Of a stretch of 64,000 bases of DNA, positions 25,174 through 34,395 are shown one piece after another; within the stretch, counting starts at the first letter, position 1; the number at the start of each line of letters is the position of its first letter. The DNA comes from a virus. Its lineage: Duplodnaviria; Caudoviricetes. Below the pieces are notes generated by a model. The model ran no database searches. It had not been told where the DNA came from and was given only the letters and a program-made list of their open reading frames with translations. The position numbers and the translations under genes are program-made. The stretch lies in IMG/VR virus record IMGVR_UViG_3300043427_002668; one strand, written 5' to 3'.

Positions 25174-25770
25174 ATGATGCCATTCGATTCTTATAAAACT
25201 TATCTGTCCTTGAAGAATCATTTCACCAAGGACAGTTATGATTACTTTAAATATTGTGGTAAAAGTCGTGCCACTCTTCAATCTTTTTACAAACGAAAAG
25301 ACCGAATGTGGTTTGAGAAAGTTGCAAGACAAAAAACAGATCAGGAAGTTGTAGATTTTTTTGTTGCTAATTTCGTCTCCTGTAATGATCCAGAAACTCT
25401 CTGGATTGGTGAGATGATTAAAGAAGGAGAAGATAGATATCAAAATTGGCAAAAGAAAATTCAATCTCTTTCTTATCTCTTTAAAGAAGAAAGTGAATCT
25501 TTATTTGAAGAAAATAAATTTCAAGAAGTTTTTAGTTGTTCCAAAGGACATCCTCCTCTTCTTAAAAAGTTTCTAACTGGTAAAGTAAGTTTGGAAACAC
25601 TTGTCATCTACGATAAAATCTTTTCTTACTCAAAGAATTTTGATAAGAAACTTAAGGATCCAGTGTGGGAAACCGTCAGTCGTAGGGTTAAAAAATATAA
25701 TCCATTTCTAAATATTGATGTATTTCGGTTTCGTAAAATTTTAAAAGAAATCGTTTTGGAGGGTTCATGA
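25174..25770 (+). CDS. g59: helicase loader gp59
   Basis: YLSLKNHF...YDYFKY, FYKRKD, position between g33 and g32. Confidence 0.88.
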   Translation: MMPFDSYKTYLSLKNHFTKDSYDYFKYCGKSRATLQSFYKRKDRMWFEKVARQKTDQEVVDFFVANFVSCNDPETLWIGEMIKEGEDRYQNWQKKIQSLSYLFKEESESLFEENKFQEVFSCSKGHPPLLKKFLTGKVSLETLVIYDKIFSYSKNFDKKLKDPVWETVSRRVKKYNPFLNIDVFRFRKILKEIVLEGS

Positions 25771-26108
25771 GTTTCTTTAGTTCAGAAGTTGTCCGTGCTG
25801 AGATGACTGAAATATCAGAGATGCAAGAAGAAATTTATTCGAACATCTTCAAGTTTCCTACAATGACTAAGGAAGAACGACTGGATCATGTTGAACTTCT
25901 TGAACGTCTTTTAGAAAAACAAAAAGTTCTCTATACGAGAATGAGTTTGTCTGATGACCCCGAAGCACAGCAGATGAAAGATCGTATTGTTGAATCTGCA
26001 ATGATGATGGGTATGCCTCCGGGTACTGATATGAATATCATTCTTAACAATATGTCTAGGATGCTTGAGATGATGAAGGAACAGATTGACAAGCACGACC
26101 CAGACTGA
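25767..26108 (+). CDS. DUF1825-like conserved protein
   Basis: MSFFSSEVVRAEM, LLEKQKVLYTRMSLSDDPEA. Confidence 0.7.
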   Translation: MSFFSSEVVRAEMTEISEMQEEIYSNIFKFPTMTKEERLDHVELLERLLEKQKVLYTRMSLSDDPEAQQMKDRIVESAMMMGMPPGTDMNIILNNMSRMLEMMKEQIDKHDPD

Positions 26109-26114
26109 TAGAAT
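26086..26114 (+). promoter_or_regulatory. sigma70 extended -10 promoter of g32
   Basis: TTGACA-17-TAGAAT with TG. Confidence 0.75.
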
Positions 26115-26178
26115 ATGGGCTGGACGATCCCTTAAGCAAAGTCCCAAAAGCCAAATCCAATTAATACGGAGAAATCTA

Positions 26179-27123
26179 ATGTCTTTTTCAGATCTAAAAA
26201 AGCAATCCAAACTTGGTTCTTTGACTGCTAAACTAGTCAAAGAAGTTGAAAAAATGAGTGCCACCAGCGGTGGTGAAGATGATCGTCTCTGGAAACCCGA
26301 ACTTGATAAAACTGGAAACGGTTTTGCAGTGATTCGTTTCCTTCCTGCTCCTGAGGGTGAAGATGTTCCCTGGGCAAAGATTTATTCTCATGGTTTTCAA
26401 GGTCCTGGTGGTTGGTACATTGAAAACTCTCTGACTACTCTAGGTCAGAAAGATCCTGTTTCCGAATACAATCGCAAACTGTGGAACAGTGGTAGCGATA
26501 AAGATAAAGAAACTGTTCGTAAGCAGAAGCGTAAACTGTCTTATTACAGCAACATTTATGTTGTAAAAGACCCTACCAATCCTCAAAACGAAGGTAAAGT
26601 CTTCCTGTTTAAATACGGCAAGAAGATCTTTGACAAGATTATGGAAGCAATGCAACCTGAGTTTGAGGATGAAACTCCTATCAATCCTTTTGACTTCTGG
26701 CAGGGTGCGAATTTCAAACTCAAAATCGTTAAGAAAGATGGGTACTGGAATTACGACAAGTCAGAATTTGGTTCTGTTGAACCACTACTGGATGATGACG
26801 ATGCTCTGGAAGCCATCTGGAAGAAAGAGTATTCTCTGGCAGCAGTAACTGCTCCCGATCAGTTTAAGTCCTATGAAGAACTGGAAGCACGTATGAACGT
26901 TGTTCTGGGTCTTCAAACTTCTTCTCCTGCACGTTCCCGTGCTGTAATGGAGGAGGAAGATGAGTATGAATCTTATGCAGAAAAACCGACTGCTGAGAGT
27001 CGTGTCGTAGAGGAACTGGAGCAATCTTATGCTCGTTCTAAGTCTCCTTCACTTCCTAAGATCGCTCAGGATGATGATGAGGATGATGCTCTCTCTTACT
27101 TCCAGCGTCTTGCTGAAGAGTGA
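26179..27123 (+). CDS. g32: single-stranded DNA-binding protein gp32
   Basis: GNGFAVIRFLP, WYIENSLTT, FKYGKKIF, acidic tail; GGAG RBS before ATG 26179. Confidence 0.96.
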   Translation: MSFSDLKKQSKLGSLTAKLVKEVEKMSATSGGEDDRLWKPELDKTGNGFAVIRFLPAPEGEDVPWAKIYSHGFQGPGGWYIENSLTTLGQKDPVSEYNRKLWNSGSDKDKETVRKQKRKLSYYSNIYVVKDPTNPQNEGKVFLFKYGKKIFDKIMEAMQPEFEDETPINPFDFWQGANFKLKIVKKDGYWNYDKSEFGSVEPLLDDDDALEAIWKKEYSLAAVTAPDQFKSYEELEARMNVVLGLQTSSPARSRAVMEEEDEYESYAEKPTAESRVVEELEQSYARSKSPSLPKIAQDDDEDDALSYFQRLAEE

Positions 27124-27789
27124 TTATTCAAAGAGTCTAATATTATCTCCTTTCTTAAGGTTCTCAGCAACATACTGCTGAGAACCTTTTTTGTATGGCA
27201 TAATCTCTGCAATATCATCAAATACAATACTTAAGTATCTTGATTTGAGAACGTAGATATTTCTTTTCTTTTCTTCCAACTCAACTTCATACTCGTAATT
27301 TGTGACTGGAATCGCAAAATCTTTTGCATCCTTATATTCACCGTTATCATAGTATTGAAGACTGAATTTTTCATCAACAATTAGACCTTCTGGAATAATT
27401 ATAGTTCCATTGGAGTCTATAATTTCTGTAGTCTTATAATATTTAATTCCATTATAAAGAGTATTATAGTCATTGTATTTGTCTAGGACATACTTATCAA
27501 ATGTTCTTTGAGTCATGGGCCATTCTGTTTTTACGTCAAGTATGTTATTGGAAAGAAGAACTATCCAATCTAGGGTTTCATCATCATAAATTTTGAATGC
27601 AACATTATCGGGTCTTTCATCTCCAATAATTTGATATTTTTCAAAGTATGCTAGATTTTGAAAAATATCATCACGAAGTTTTGCTCTTTTGAAAAGATTT
27701 TTTACAACAGTGTAATCTGAAAGATTTTTTTCATCTTTTACTCGATTAATATAAGCGAAGTTTGGAACTGATCTGAAGTAGAATGCCAT
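27124..27789 (-). CDS. g53: baseplate wedge subunit gp53
   Basis: YFRSVPN, KNLFKRAKL, ERPDNVA, WIVLLSN. Confidence 0.88.
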   Translation of the reverse strand: MAFYFRSVPNFAYINRVKDEKNLSDYTVVKNLFKRAKLRDDIFQNLAYFEKYQIIGDERPDNVAFKIYDDETLDWIVLLSNNILDVKTEWPMTQRTFDKYVLDKYNDYNTLYNGIKYYKTTEIIDSNGTIIIPEGLIVDEKFSLQYYDNGEYKDAKDFAIPVTNYEYEVELEEKKRNIYVLKSRYLSIVFDDIAEIMPYKKGSQQYVAENLKKGDNIRLFE

Positions 27790-27791
27790 TT

Positions 27792-29165
27792 TTAGTAACC
27801 TATTTCTGATTCAAATGTTGTTGATCCCTTACCATAGTCATCATCATAAACCGGTTCAAGTTCTGAGAATTGCATTGATATATCGTATTGCGTCATTGCA
27901 CCATCATAAAAAGTTGCATAGTTTCCTGCAGGAGTATAATTGACATTGAATGAAGTGAGAGCACATTCTTTGATTTTGTTAATCCAAGGATGTTCTTTTG
28001 TTCCTATCATATATTTAATCTCAAATGTGTTAGGTGATTTCAAGAATAGTCCAGTGCTTGCTCTTTTTACTGACATTCCTTGTTTAAAAAATCTAATAAT
28101 ATTTCTAATTCTTTTTGCTTCATCTGGTTCTCTAGCAGATAAACTGAATGTAAAGTTAAACCCTCTTAAATTTGGACCTTGGAATAAAAGTTCCATATTT
28201 GGATTTATAATTCCACCAGTGGTTCTTGTTAGAAGACCTTTTGTTCCTGCTGCTTTATCTGCAAAACCTGCAGCAAATGCAGTTTTTATATCTTGAGATG
28301 CTCCAGTTAAAAGATCTGCAGATGCTTGAATTGCTTGACCAGCTCCTTCTGCTCCTCCCGTAATTGTTCCTAAAGCACCTGCTGCAGCGATTGCCTGTGC
28401 GGCGTTCATTTCATCAGATCCCCATTGAACTGTATTTGAATCTGAAATACTTGGTTGAATTGGGAGAATTACTGAACTTCCTCTTCTTTTTCCTTCAGTT
28501 GATCTTTCTCCGAAAGGGTCTCCTTTTGCAATTCCAGTTAAATTTATATTTTTTGGAGCATATTCCAACATTGTAAATCTTATATAATCTTGTTTATTTG
28601 TATCTAAACCTATTGGGTACTTTAAGTATAGACCTGCTGGATATTCAGAAACTTTTCTTGTTTCACTGCTGTCTCCAATTGTTAATTTTTTCAAATTATC
28701 TTGAGCCTGATTTAAATCTACTGTTTGTTGAGGTTCATTCGTTGCTCCAGTACCTTCTGCAGTTGCTGCTGCATTCCCATTACTTAGTTGATTTAACTGT
28801 TGGGGAGAAGCACCATTTGCCTTTGCATCTATCTGAGCGGTGCTTTTTACTGCATTATTTAAAGCACCTCCTGGTTGAAGTGATTTTAATTGATCTTGTG
28901 TTAAAATATTATTTCCACTTGCGTCTTTTGTGGGAGACCATGATTTTCCTCCATCAGTAGAAGTAGCTAATGCTCTATCAGTCTTTCCGCTTCTTGCAGT
29001 AACACTGTCCTGAAGAGTTAATTTTGACGCTCCTACTTGACTGTTTGTTATATTGGTTTCTGTCTTTACTGTATAAATTGTTGTAGAGTTTCCTATTTTT
29101 AACGGAAATGGTTTGCTAGTACTTGTTTTAGAACCTTCAGAATTCCATTGTTGGCTACTAGGCAT
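27792..29165 (-). CDS. g48: baseplate tail-tube cap gp48
   Basis: LKYPIG...DYIRFT, NPNMELLFQGPNLRGFNFTF, MQFSELEP; start uncertain (29165 or 29180). Confidence 0.85.
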   Translation of the reverse strand: MPSSQQWNSEGSKTSTSKPFPLKIGNSTTIYTVKTETNITNSQVGASKLTLQDSVTARSGKTDRALATSTDGGKSWSPTKDASGNNILTQDQLKSLQPGGALNNAVKSTAQIDAKANGASPQQLNQLSNGNAAATAEGTGATNEPQQTVDLNQAQDNLKKLTIGDSSETRKVSEYPAGLYLKYPIGLDTNKQDYIRFTMLEYAPKNINLTGIAKGDPFGERSTEGKRRGSSVILPIQPSISDSNTVQWGSDEMNAAQAIAAAGALGTITGGAEGAGQAIQASADLLTGASQDIKTAFAAGFADKAAGTKGLLTRTTGGIINPNMELLFQGPNLRGFNFTFSLSAREPDEAKRIRNIIRFFKQGMSVKRASTGLFLKSPNTFEIKYMIGTKEHPWINKIKECALTSFNVNYTPAGNYATFYDGAMTQYDISMQFSELEPVYDDDYGKGSTTFESEIGY

Positions 29166-29244
29166 CAACCTCTCCTCCAAATTTCTGAAGGATTAAAGAT
29201 CTCAATTTTTTGTAGAGTATGAGACATTTATATGGAGAGGACTT

Positions 29245-29634
29245 TTATTTATTTAGACGGAATTTTCCATATTGCAATGAGACTAATTCGTCCAACTCGT
29301 TATACTTAACGACGTGAAGTTTTCCGATAACTTCCTCCCAAGTATATTGTCTTGCCTGTCTCCAGTGAAAATTAAATCCTTTAAATCCCCATCCATAAAG
29401 TTCAGTGCAAGCAATTAATGGATGTTGATCGTATTCAATATCTGGTGTTTTTGGGTTATAGATGAAAGTATAAAACTTTCCTGGTTCTGGATATAGAACT
29501 TCTTCTTTGAAGATATCCATAATAATTAACATGATATCTTCTGGATCTCCACTTCCCAATTGCTCTACTTTTTTTAAGAGTTCTTTTGTTCTTACTGTTC
29601 CAGTTCCTACGTACTTTCCAAAACCTTCTGCCAT
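29245..29634 (-). CDS. conserved cyanophage hypothetical protein
   Basis: YTFIYNPKTP, YDQHPLIA. Confidence 0.75.
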   Translation of the reverse strand: MAEGFGKYVGTGTVRTKELLKKVEQLGSGDPEDIMLIIMDIFKEEVLYPEPGKFYTFIYNPKTPDIEYDQHPLIACTELYGWGFKGFNFHWRQARQYTWEEVIGKLHVVKYNELDELVSLQYGKFRLNK

Positions 29635-30077
29635 TACTTAATACCTAAGTCTTCTTCGGTGATTACTTTGAATTCTAACATTCTATCCGCACACCACTCT
29701 TGTGCCGCTTTCCACTTTGCTTGATTTACCGCATAAGTTTTACATTCGTGCAGATAAGATTTAGTTACTCTTGACTTTTGTTTTGGTGGGACGGTTTGTT
29801 TTTTCGGTTTTACCTCAATCACGTAAGTTTTAATTTTTCCAGACGCTTCTTTAACTTTGATTAAGTAATCTGGAAAATATCTATGCACTCTATTATCAAC
29901 CGGAGACACATACCCTATACAAAACTCTTCAGAAGCCCAAGAAATTATGCTTGGATTGTGGTCGCACCAATAACAGAACCTACGTTCCCAACTGCTTCTG
30001 CAGATAATATTGTTTGCGTCACCTTGATATTTTTCTGGATACGATGGTTTGTAGATACTTTTAATACTTTCTGCCAT
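29634..30077 (-). CDS. g4: head completion nuclease gp4 (TnsA-like)
   Basis: YKPSYPEKYQG, RSSWE, HRYFPD, IEVKP, NQAKW. Confidence 0.92.
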   Translation of the reverse strand: MAESIKSIYKPSYPEKYQGDANNIICRSSWERRFCYWCDHNPSIISWASEEFCIGYVSPVDNRVHRYFPDYLIKVKEASGKIKTYVIEVKPKKQTVPPKQKSRVTKSYLHECKTYAVNQAKWKAAQEWCADRMLEFKVITEEDLGIK

Positions 30078-30115
30078 TTCCAGCATACATAATATAACAG
30101 TAAAAATATTTATAA

Positions 30116-31021
30116 ATGCCAGCTCCAACTCCAAGAGTAAGGGACGTATCGTTTTTAAAAACGAAGATAATGCAACCTGCATTAACTTCGAATTTTGAAT
30201 GTCATTTTGTCATACCACCAGAAGTAAACAAGCAGCTTGGATATAATGGAATATCTGGATCATCTCCTTTTACTACAGAGACATTAACAATTTCTTGTTC
30301 TGATGCGTCTCTTCCAGGTTCATCTCTTACAACTCATGAATTAAATAATGATTTTACTGGTGTTACACAAAGACATGCATATAGAAGATTATATGATGAT
30401 AGGGCAGATTTTACTTTTTATGTAAATAGAGATTACCTTCAGATAAGATTATTTGAAATTTGGATGAGGTATATTGCCGGAGAACAAGCATCATTTGGGG
30501 AAAGTAATACCGTATCATATAGAGTAAATTACCCAAAAAATTATAAAGCAAGTGCAATCTATATTACTAAATTTGAAAGAGATCTTGGATCAAAAAGTTC
30601 TCCTAATAATAAAACCTTAGTTTATACATTTGTAAATGCATTTCCAATTTCTATAACTTCAATCCCCGTTTCTTATGATAGTTCTCAACTTTTAAAGTGT
30701 ACTGTTTCCTTTACTTATGATAGGTATTTTGTGGGTAATGTGAAGGATAAATCGCCTACAGGAGACCCATCACAATCACTAGCAACTGGTGTTCCTAATC
30801 CAAATGATGTTACTTATTCCAGTGGTGTGGATCAAAATGCATTTACTGGAGATGCATCACTTACTAAAGATGTTACAAATACTTTAAATAATGTTTCTCC
30901 AAATCAATTAAATAGGCAACCAGCATTTACTCAATCCGAGATTACTAGTGCAATAGATGCTGAGAGACAACTTCAGTTAAATGGAGTTCCTGCAGATAGC
31001 GGTGCTTTAAACCTCTTTTGA
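30116..31021 (+). CDS. g54: tail-tube-fold baseplate protein (gp54/gp19 family)
   Basis: CSDASLPGSS, AFPISI, VSFTYDRY. Confidence 0.7.
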   Translation: MPAPTPRVRDVSFLKTKIMQPALTSNFECHFVIPPEVNKQLGYNGISGSSPFTTETLTISCSDASLPGSSLTTHELNNDFTGVTQRHAYRRLYDDRADFTFYVNRDYLQIRLFEIWMRYIAGEQASFGESNTVSYRVNYPKNYKASAIYITKFERDLGSKSSPNNKTLVYTFVNAFPISITSIPVSYDSSQLLKCTVSFTYDRYFVGNVKDKSPTGDPSQSLATGVPNPNDVTYSSGVDQNAFTGDASLTKDVTNTLNNVSPNQLNRQPAFTQSEITSAIDAERQLQLNGVPADSGALNLF

Positions 31022-31062
31022 TCTTTTAATAAATAGTCACACCTGAATTGTTTTAGGAGATT

Positions 31063-31782
31063 ATGCCTTTACCAAAAATTGCAACTCCAACATATGAGTT
31101 GGAATTACCTTCGACTGGGGAAACAATTAAGTATCGTCCATTCTTAGTTAAAGAAGAAAAACTTTTAGTCATTGCCCTAGAATCTGAAGATACGAAACAG
31201 ATTACTACAGCAATAAAGACGGTTATTAAAAACTGTATTGAGACGAAGGGAATTAAAGTAGAAACTCTTCCAACATTTGATATTGAATATTTGTTTTTAA
31301 ATATTCGTGGTAAGTCCGTTGGAGAAGAGATAGAAGTTAATATTATCTGTCCTGATGATGGGGAGACTACAGTTCCTATTAAAATTAATGTTGATGATAT
31401 CAAAGTTCAAAAGAATGAAGATCATAATAATAAAATTAAATTAGATTCTCATTTGATGATGGAAATGAAGTATCCTTCATTGGATCAATTCATTAAAAAT
31501 AATTTTGATTTATCCAACAATAATGCATTGGAACAATCTTTTGAACTTGTTGCATCATGTGTAGATAAAATTTATAATGAAGAAGATGTTTGGTCTGCTG
31601 CAGATGTAACGAAGAAAGAACTTATGGAGTTTTTGGATCAAATGAATACGACTCAATTTAAACAGATTGAAAAGTTCTTTGAGACAATGCCTAAACTTTC
31701 TCATAAAGTTATGGTGAAAAATCCAAAGACAGAAGTTGAAAGTGAAGTCGTATTAGAGGGTCTCTCAAGTTTTTTCGCATAG
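31063..31782 (+). CDS. g26: baseplate hub assembly protein gp26
   Basis: MPLPKI, YRPFLVKEEK, FLNIRGKSVGE, FETMPKL; ATAAATA upstream. Confidence 0.93.
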   Translation: MPLPKIATPTYELELPSTGETIKYRPFLVKEEKLLVIALESEDTKQITTAIKTVIKNCIETKGIKVETLPTFDIEYLFLNIRGKSVGEEIEVNIICPDDGETTVPIKINVDDIKVQKNEDHNNKIKLDSHLMMEMKYPSLDQFIKNNFDLSNNNALEQSFELVASCVDKIYNEEDVWSAADVTKKELMEFLDQMNTTQFKQIEKFFETMPKLSHKVMVKNPKTEVESEVVLEGLSSFFA

Positions 31783-31793
31783 CACTGATCCAT

Positions 31794-31967
31794 ATGGATC
31801 TTGAAAACTATTTTCGTCTTAATTTTTCGTTGATGCAGTATCATAAATACTCATTGACGGAAATTGAAAATATGATTCCTTGGGAAAGAGACATTTATGT
31901 TGAACTTCTCAAGCAACATATAGAAGAAGAAGAGTTTAAACAAAAGCAACAAAGTAATGGCTGGTAA
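31794..31967 (+). CDS. g51: baseplate hub assembly catalyst gp51, 57 aa (not in ORF track)
   Basis: NFSLMQYHKYSLTEIENMIPWERDIY. Confidence 0.88.
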   Translation: MDLENYFRLNFSLMQYHKYSLTEIENMIPWERDIYVELLKQHIEEEEFKQKQQSNGW

Positions 31968-34395
31968 TCCTACTTTACCTACAGAGAATATAGATGAGGT
32001 AATTTTAAGATTACTGGCCTTAGAACCTAATGAAGTTGATGAACTTGACTATGATACTTATAAATCACTCCTAAGAGAACTTTTAGTAGAAGTCACTGCA
32101 TCAAAAAGAAAAATCGGTGATACTGAGTTCTCTTTTGTGAAGGATGAATTCAAAAGAGTGAGAGGAAAAAAAGGAAGATTTCGAATTAAAAAAACTAAGA
32201 TAACTGCAAGTGGTCTTGGTCTTGGTGGAATACGAAAACAAGTAAAAGGCACTCAGCAACGATTGATGTTGGTTCCTGTTGGAGGAATTCCAAAACAAAC
32301 TGAAGTTGTATCTAAAGGAAAAGGATCCGATACTGATGTTTTGTCGCGCATCAGTCAAACTCTTGATTCAATATTATCAACTTTAGTTTCTATTAATAGA
32401 GAAAATAGAAATAGAATTGAAAGAGAAAGAAAAGATGCTGAGAGTAGAAAAAGATCATCAAGAGAAAAGGAATTAGAATCGAAACCAATTGAAGGTCTCA
32501 AGAAGGCAATATCTGCAATTACAAAACCATTTCAATCTATCTGGGATAGAATAGTACAATTTATTACTAATATTATTCTTGGGAGAATTGTATTAAAATT
32601 AATTGATTGGTTTGCTAATCCAGAAAATCAAAAGAAAATCAGAAGTCTAGTTAGATTTTTTAAGGATCATTGGCCTACTTTACTGGCATTGTATTTGAGA
32701 TTTGGAACTGGTATAGGTAGATTTGTTGGTAAGTTAAGTAGTATATTAATTAAAGGTGCAATAAAGTTAGGAGCAATCACTGCAAATCTTGCTGCCCGAG
32801 CAGGTCTTAAAGGTGCAGGAAGACTTGGTAGATTTCTTGGTGGTCGTGGTGGAAAACTTTTGGGTGCAGGATTAGCAATCGGCACTGATGTTGCATTGAC
32901 GATGGGCGCTTCAAAAACAATTGAAGGACTTTCTAATGGTGATGTAAAAGTTCCTGGGTTTTCTGGTGGTGGGTGGAATAAAGGATTTGGTAATTTCTTT
33001 GGAAAGATGTTTAGTGGTCTTGTAAAGGGACCAAAGGGAAGAGATAAAGTTCCTGCGATGCTTACTGATGGTGAGTTTGTTGTGTCTGCTGGCGCAGTTA
33101 AAAAGTATGGTGTTGATACTTTCGAAGCAATGAATGCTGCTGGGGGAGGAACTAATGTTCCCCAAATAACAAATGGAATGACTTATGCTGAGGGTGGTGG
33201 ATGGATTGGAAGAGGTGAACCTGGAGCAAGATACGATGCAAGATATGGTTCTGGTGCATATGCTAGAGAATCTGCAAGAAGAGCGGCAGCAGCAAATGCA
33301 GCACCTTTAGTTCCAAATATGCTACCACCAATAAAAACTGGTAGCAGATATCATCAGGAAAGTAAATCAAGAGTAGGTCAAGGAACAAAAACAACATCCA
33401 TAAATGGATTGAGTGTTCCAATTGGAATAAATGCATCAGGCATAACTTCTCCATTTAAACCTTCTTCTGCAAGTAGAAAAGCACAATTTACGCCAGAGCA
33501 GCAGAGAAGAATAGCACAAGATAATGCTGAACGAAATAGAATTATGCAAAGAGGTCAGCAGAGAAGATCTTCTGATGATGCAATAAGAAGAGAATGGAGC
33601 AAAGCATTCAGTGATCCTACCAATCCACTCTATCAAAAAGCAGCATTTGATGAGAATTATAATTACCAAAAGTTTAAAAAAGATTATCTTGCAAGACAAT
33701 CGAAAGCATCGGGAACAGGATACACTCCGTATCAATCAAGATTTTCTGGTTCCCGTGATTCTGCTTTTAGAAGAGCTCAAGGAATAACAGGTGCTTCAGT
33801 AAGTTCTGGAAGAACTAAATCTCAACTTATGGGTGGTGGTGGAGGATTATCAAAACCAAGTGGAATTTATAGAGGTGCTGGCGCAAAAATGGTCGGTGGA
33901 TATGGTTTGAAGCAGCAATCTTTTGGTGATGCACCTTCATCTCAAATCATAAAGAATGATAAGGGGCAGAATGTAGTTGGTTATAAGGCAATGAAAGGTG
34001 GTAAATTAACTTACGTTCAGGGTCCAAAACCTGGAACTGGAACTACAAATATTTTTGAAAGGATTGGAAGAACAATAAATCCAAATGCATATAAAGCAAG
34101 TGATGCTGCAGCAGCACAAAGAAAATATCAGCAAGCATCTGCTGGTTCAATTGCTTCTTTAAAAGCAAGAGGTGCAAGTCAAGCAACAATTGCAAGAAGA
34201 CAAGCAGAATTAAAGAAAGGAGTAAAACCGTTACCAAAGCCAAGAACAAAGGCAGATGTTATTGGACGTGGTGGAGGTGGAGGAAGAAGTAGTGGAGCAA
34301 GACCTACATCTCCTTCCAAACCACCAAGTTTCTCACCCACTCATAAGAAGGGGACAAGAACCGCACAAGCAGCACTGGGGGTTAAGAAGAAATAA
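31957..34395 (+). CDS. tape-measure / baseplate hub-like protein 1
   Basis: 812 aa, helical and Gly/Ala-rich, DKVPAMLTDGEFV motif, directly after g51. Confidence 0.6.
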   Translation: MAGNPTLPTENIDEVILRLLALEPNEVDELDYDTYKSLLRELLVEVTASKRKIGDTEFSFVKDEFKRVRGKKGRFRIKKTKITASGLGLGGIRKQVKGTQQRLMLVPVGGIPKQTEVVSKGKGSDTDVLSRISQTLDSILSTLVSINRENRNRIERERKDAESRKRSSREKELESKPIEGLKKAISAITKPFQSIWDRIVQFITNIILGRIVLKLIDWFANPENQKKIRSLVRFFKDHWPTLLALYLRFGTGIGRFVGKLSSILIKGAIKLGAITANLAARAGLKGAGRLGRFLGGRGGKLLGAGLAIGTDVALTMGASKTIEGLSNGDVKVPGFSGGGWNKGFGNFFGKMFSGLVKGPKGRDKVPAMLTDGEFVVSAGAVKKYGVDTFEAMNAAGGGTNVPQITNGMTYAEGGGWIGRGEPGARYDARYGSGAYARESARRAAAANAAPLVPNMLPPIKTGSRYHQESKSRVGQGTKTTSINGLSVPIGINASGITSPFKPSSASRKAQFTPEQQRRIAQDNAERNRIMQRGQQRRSSDDAIRREWSKAFSDPTNPLYQKAAFDENYNYQKFKKDYLARQSKASGTGYTPYQSRFSGSRDSAFRRAQGITGASVSSGRTKSQLMGGGGGLSKPSGIYRGAGAKMVGGYGLKQQSFGDAPSSQIIKNDKGQNVVGYKAMKGGKLTYVQGPKPGTGTTNIFERIGRTINPNAYKASDAAAAQRKYQQASAGSIASLKARGASQATIARRQAELKKGVKPLPKPRTKADVIGRGGGGGRSSGARPTSPSKPPSFSPTHKKGTRTAQAALGVKKK

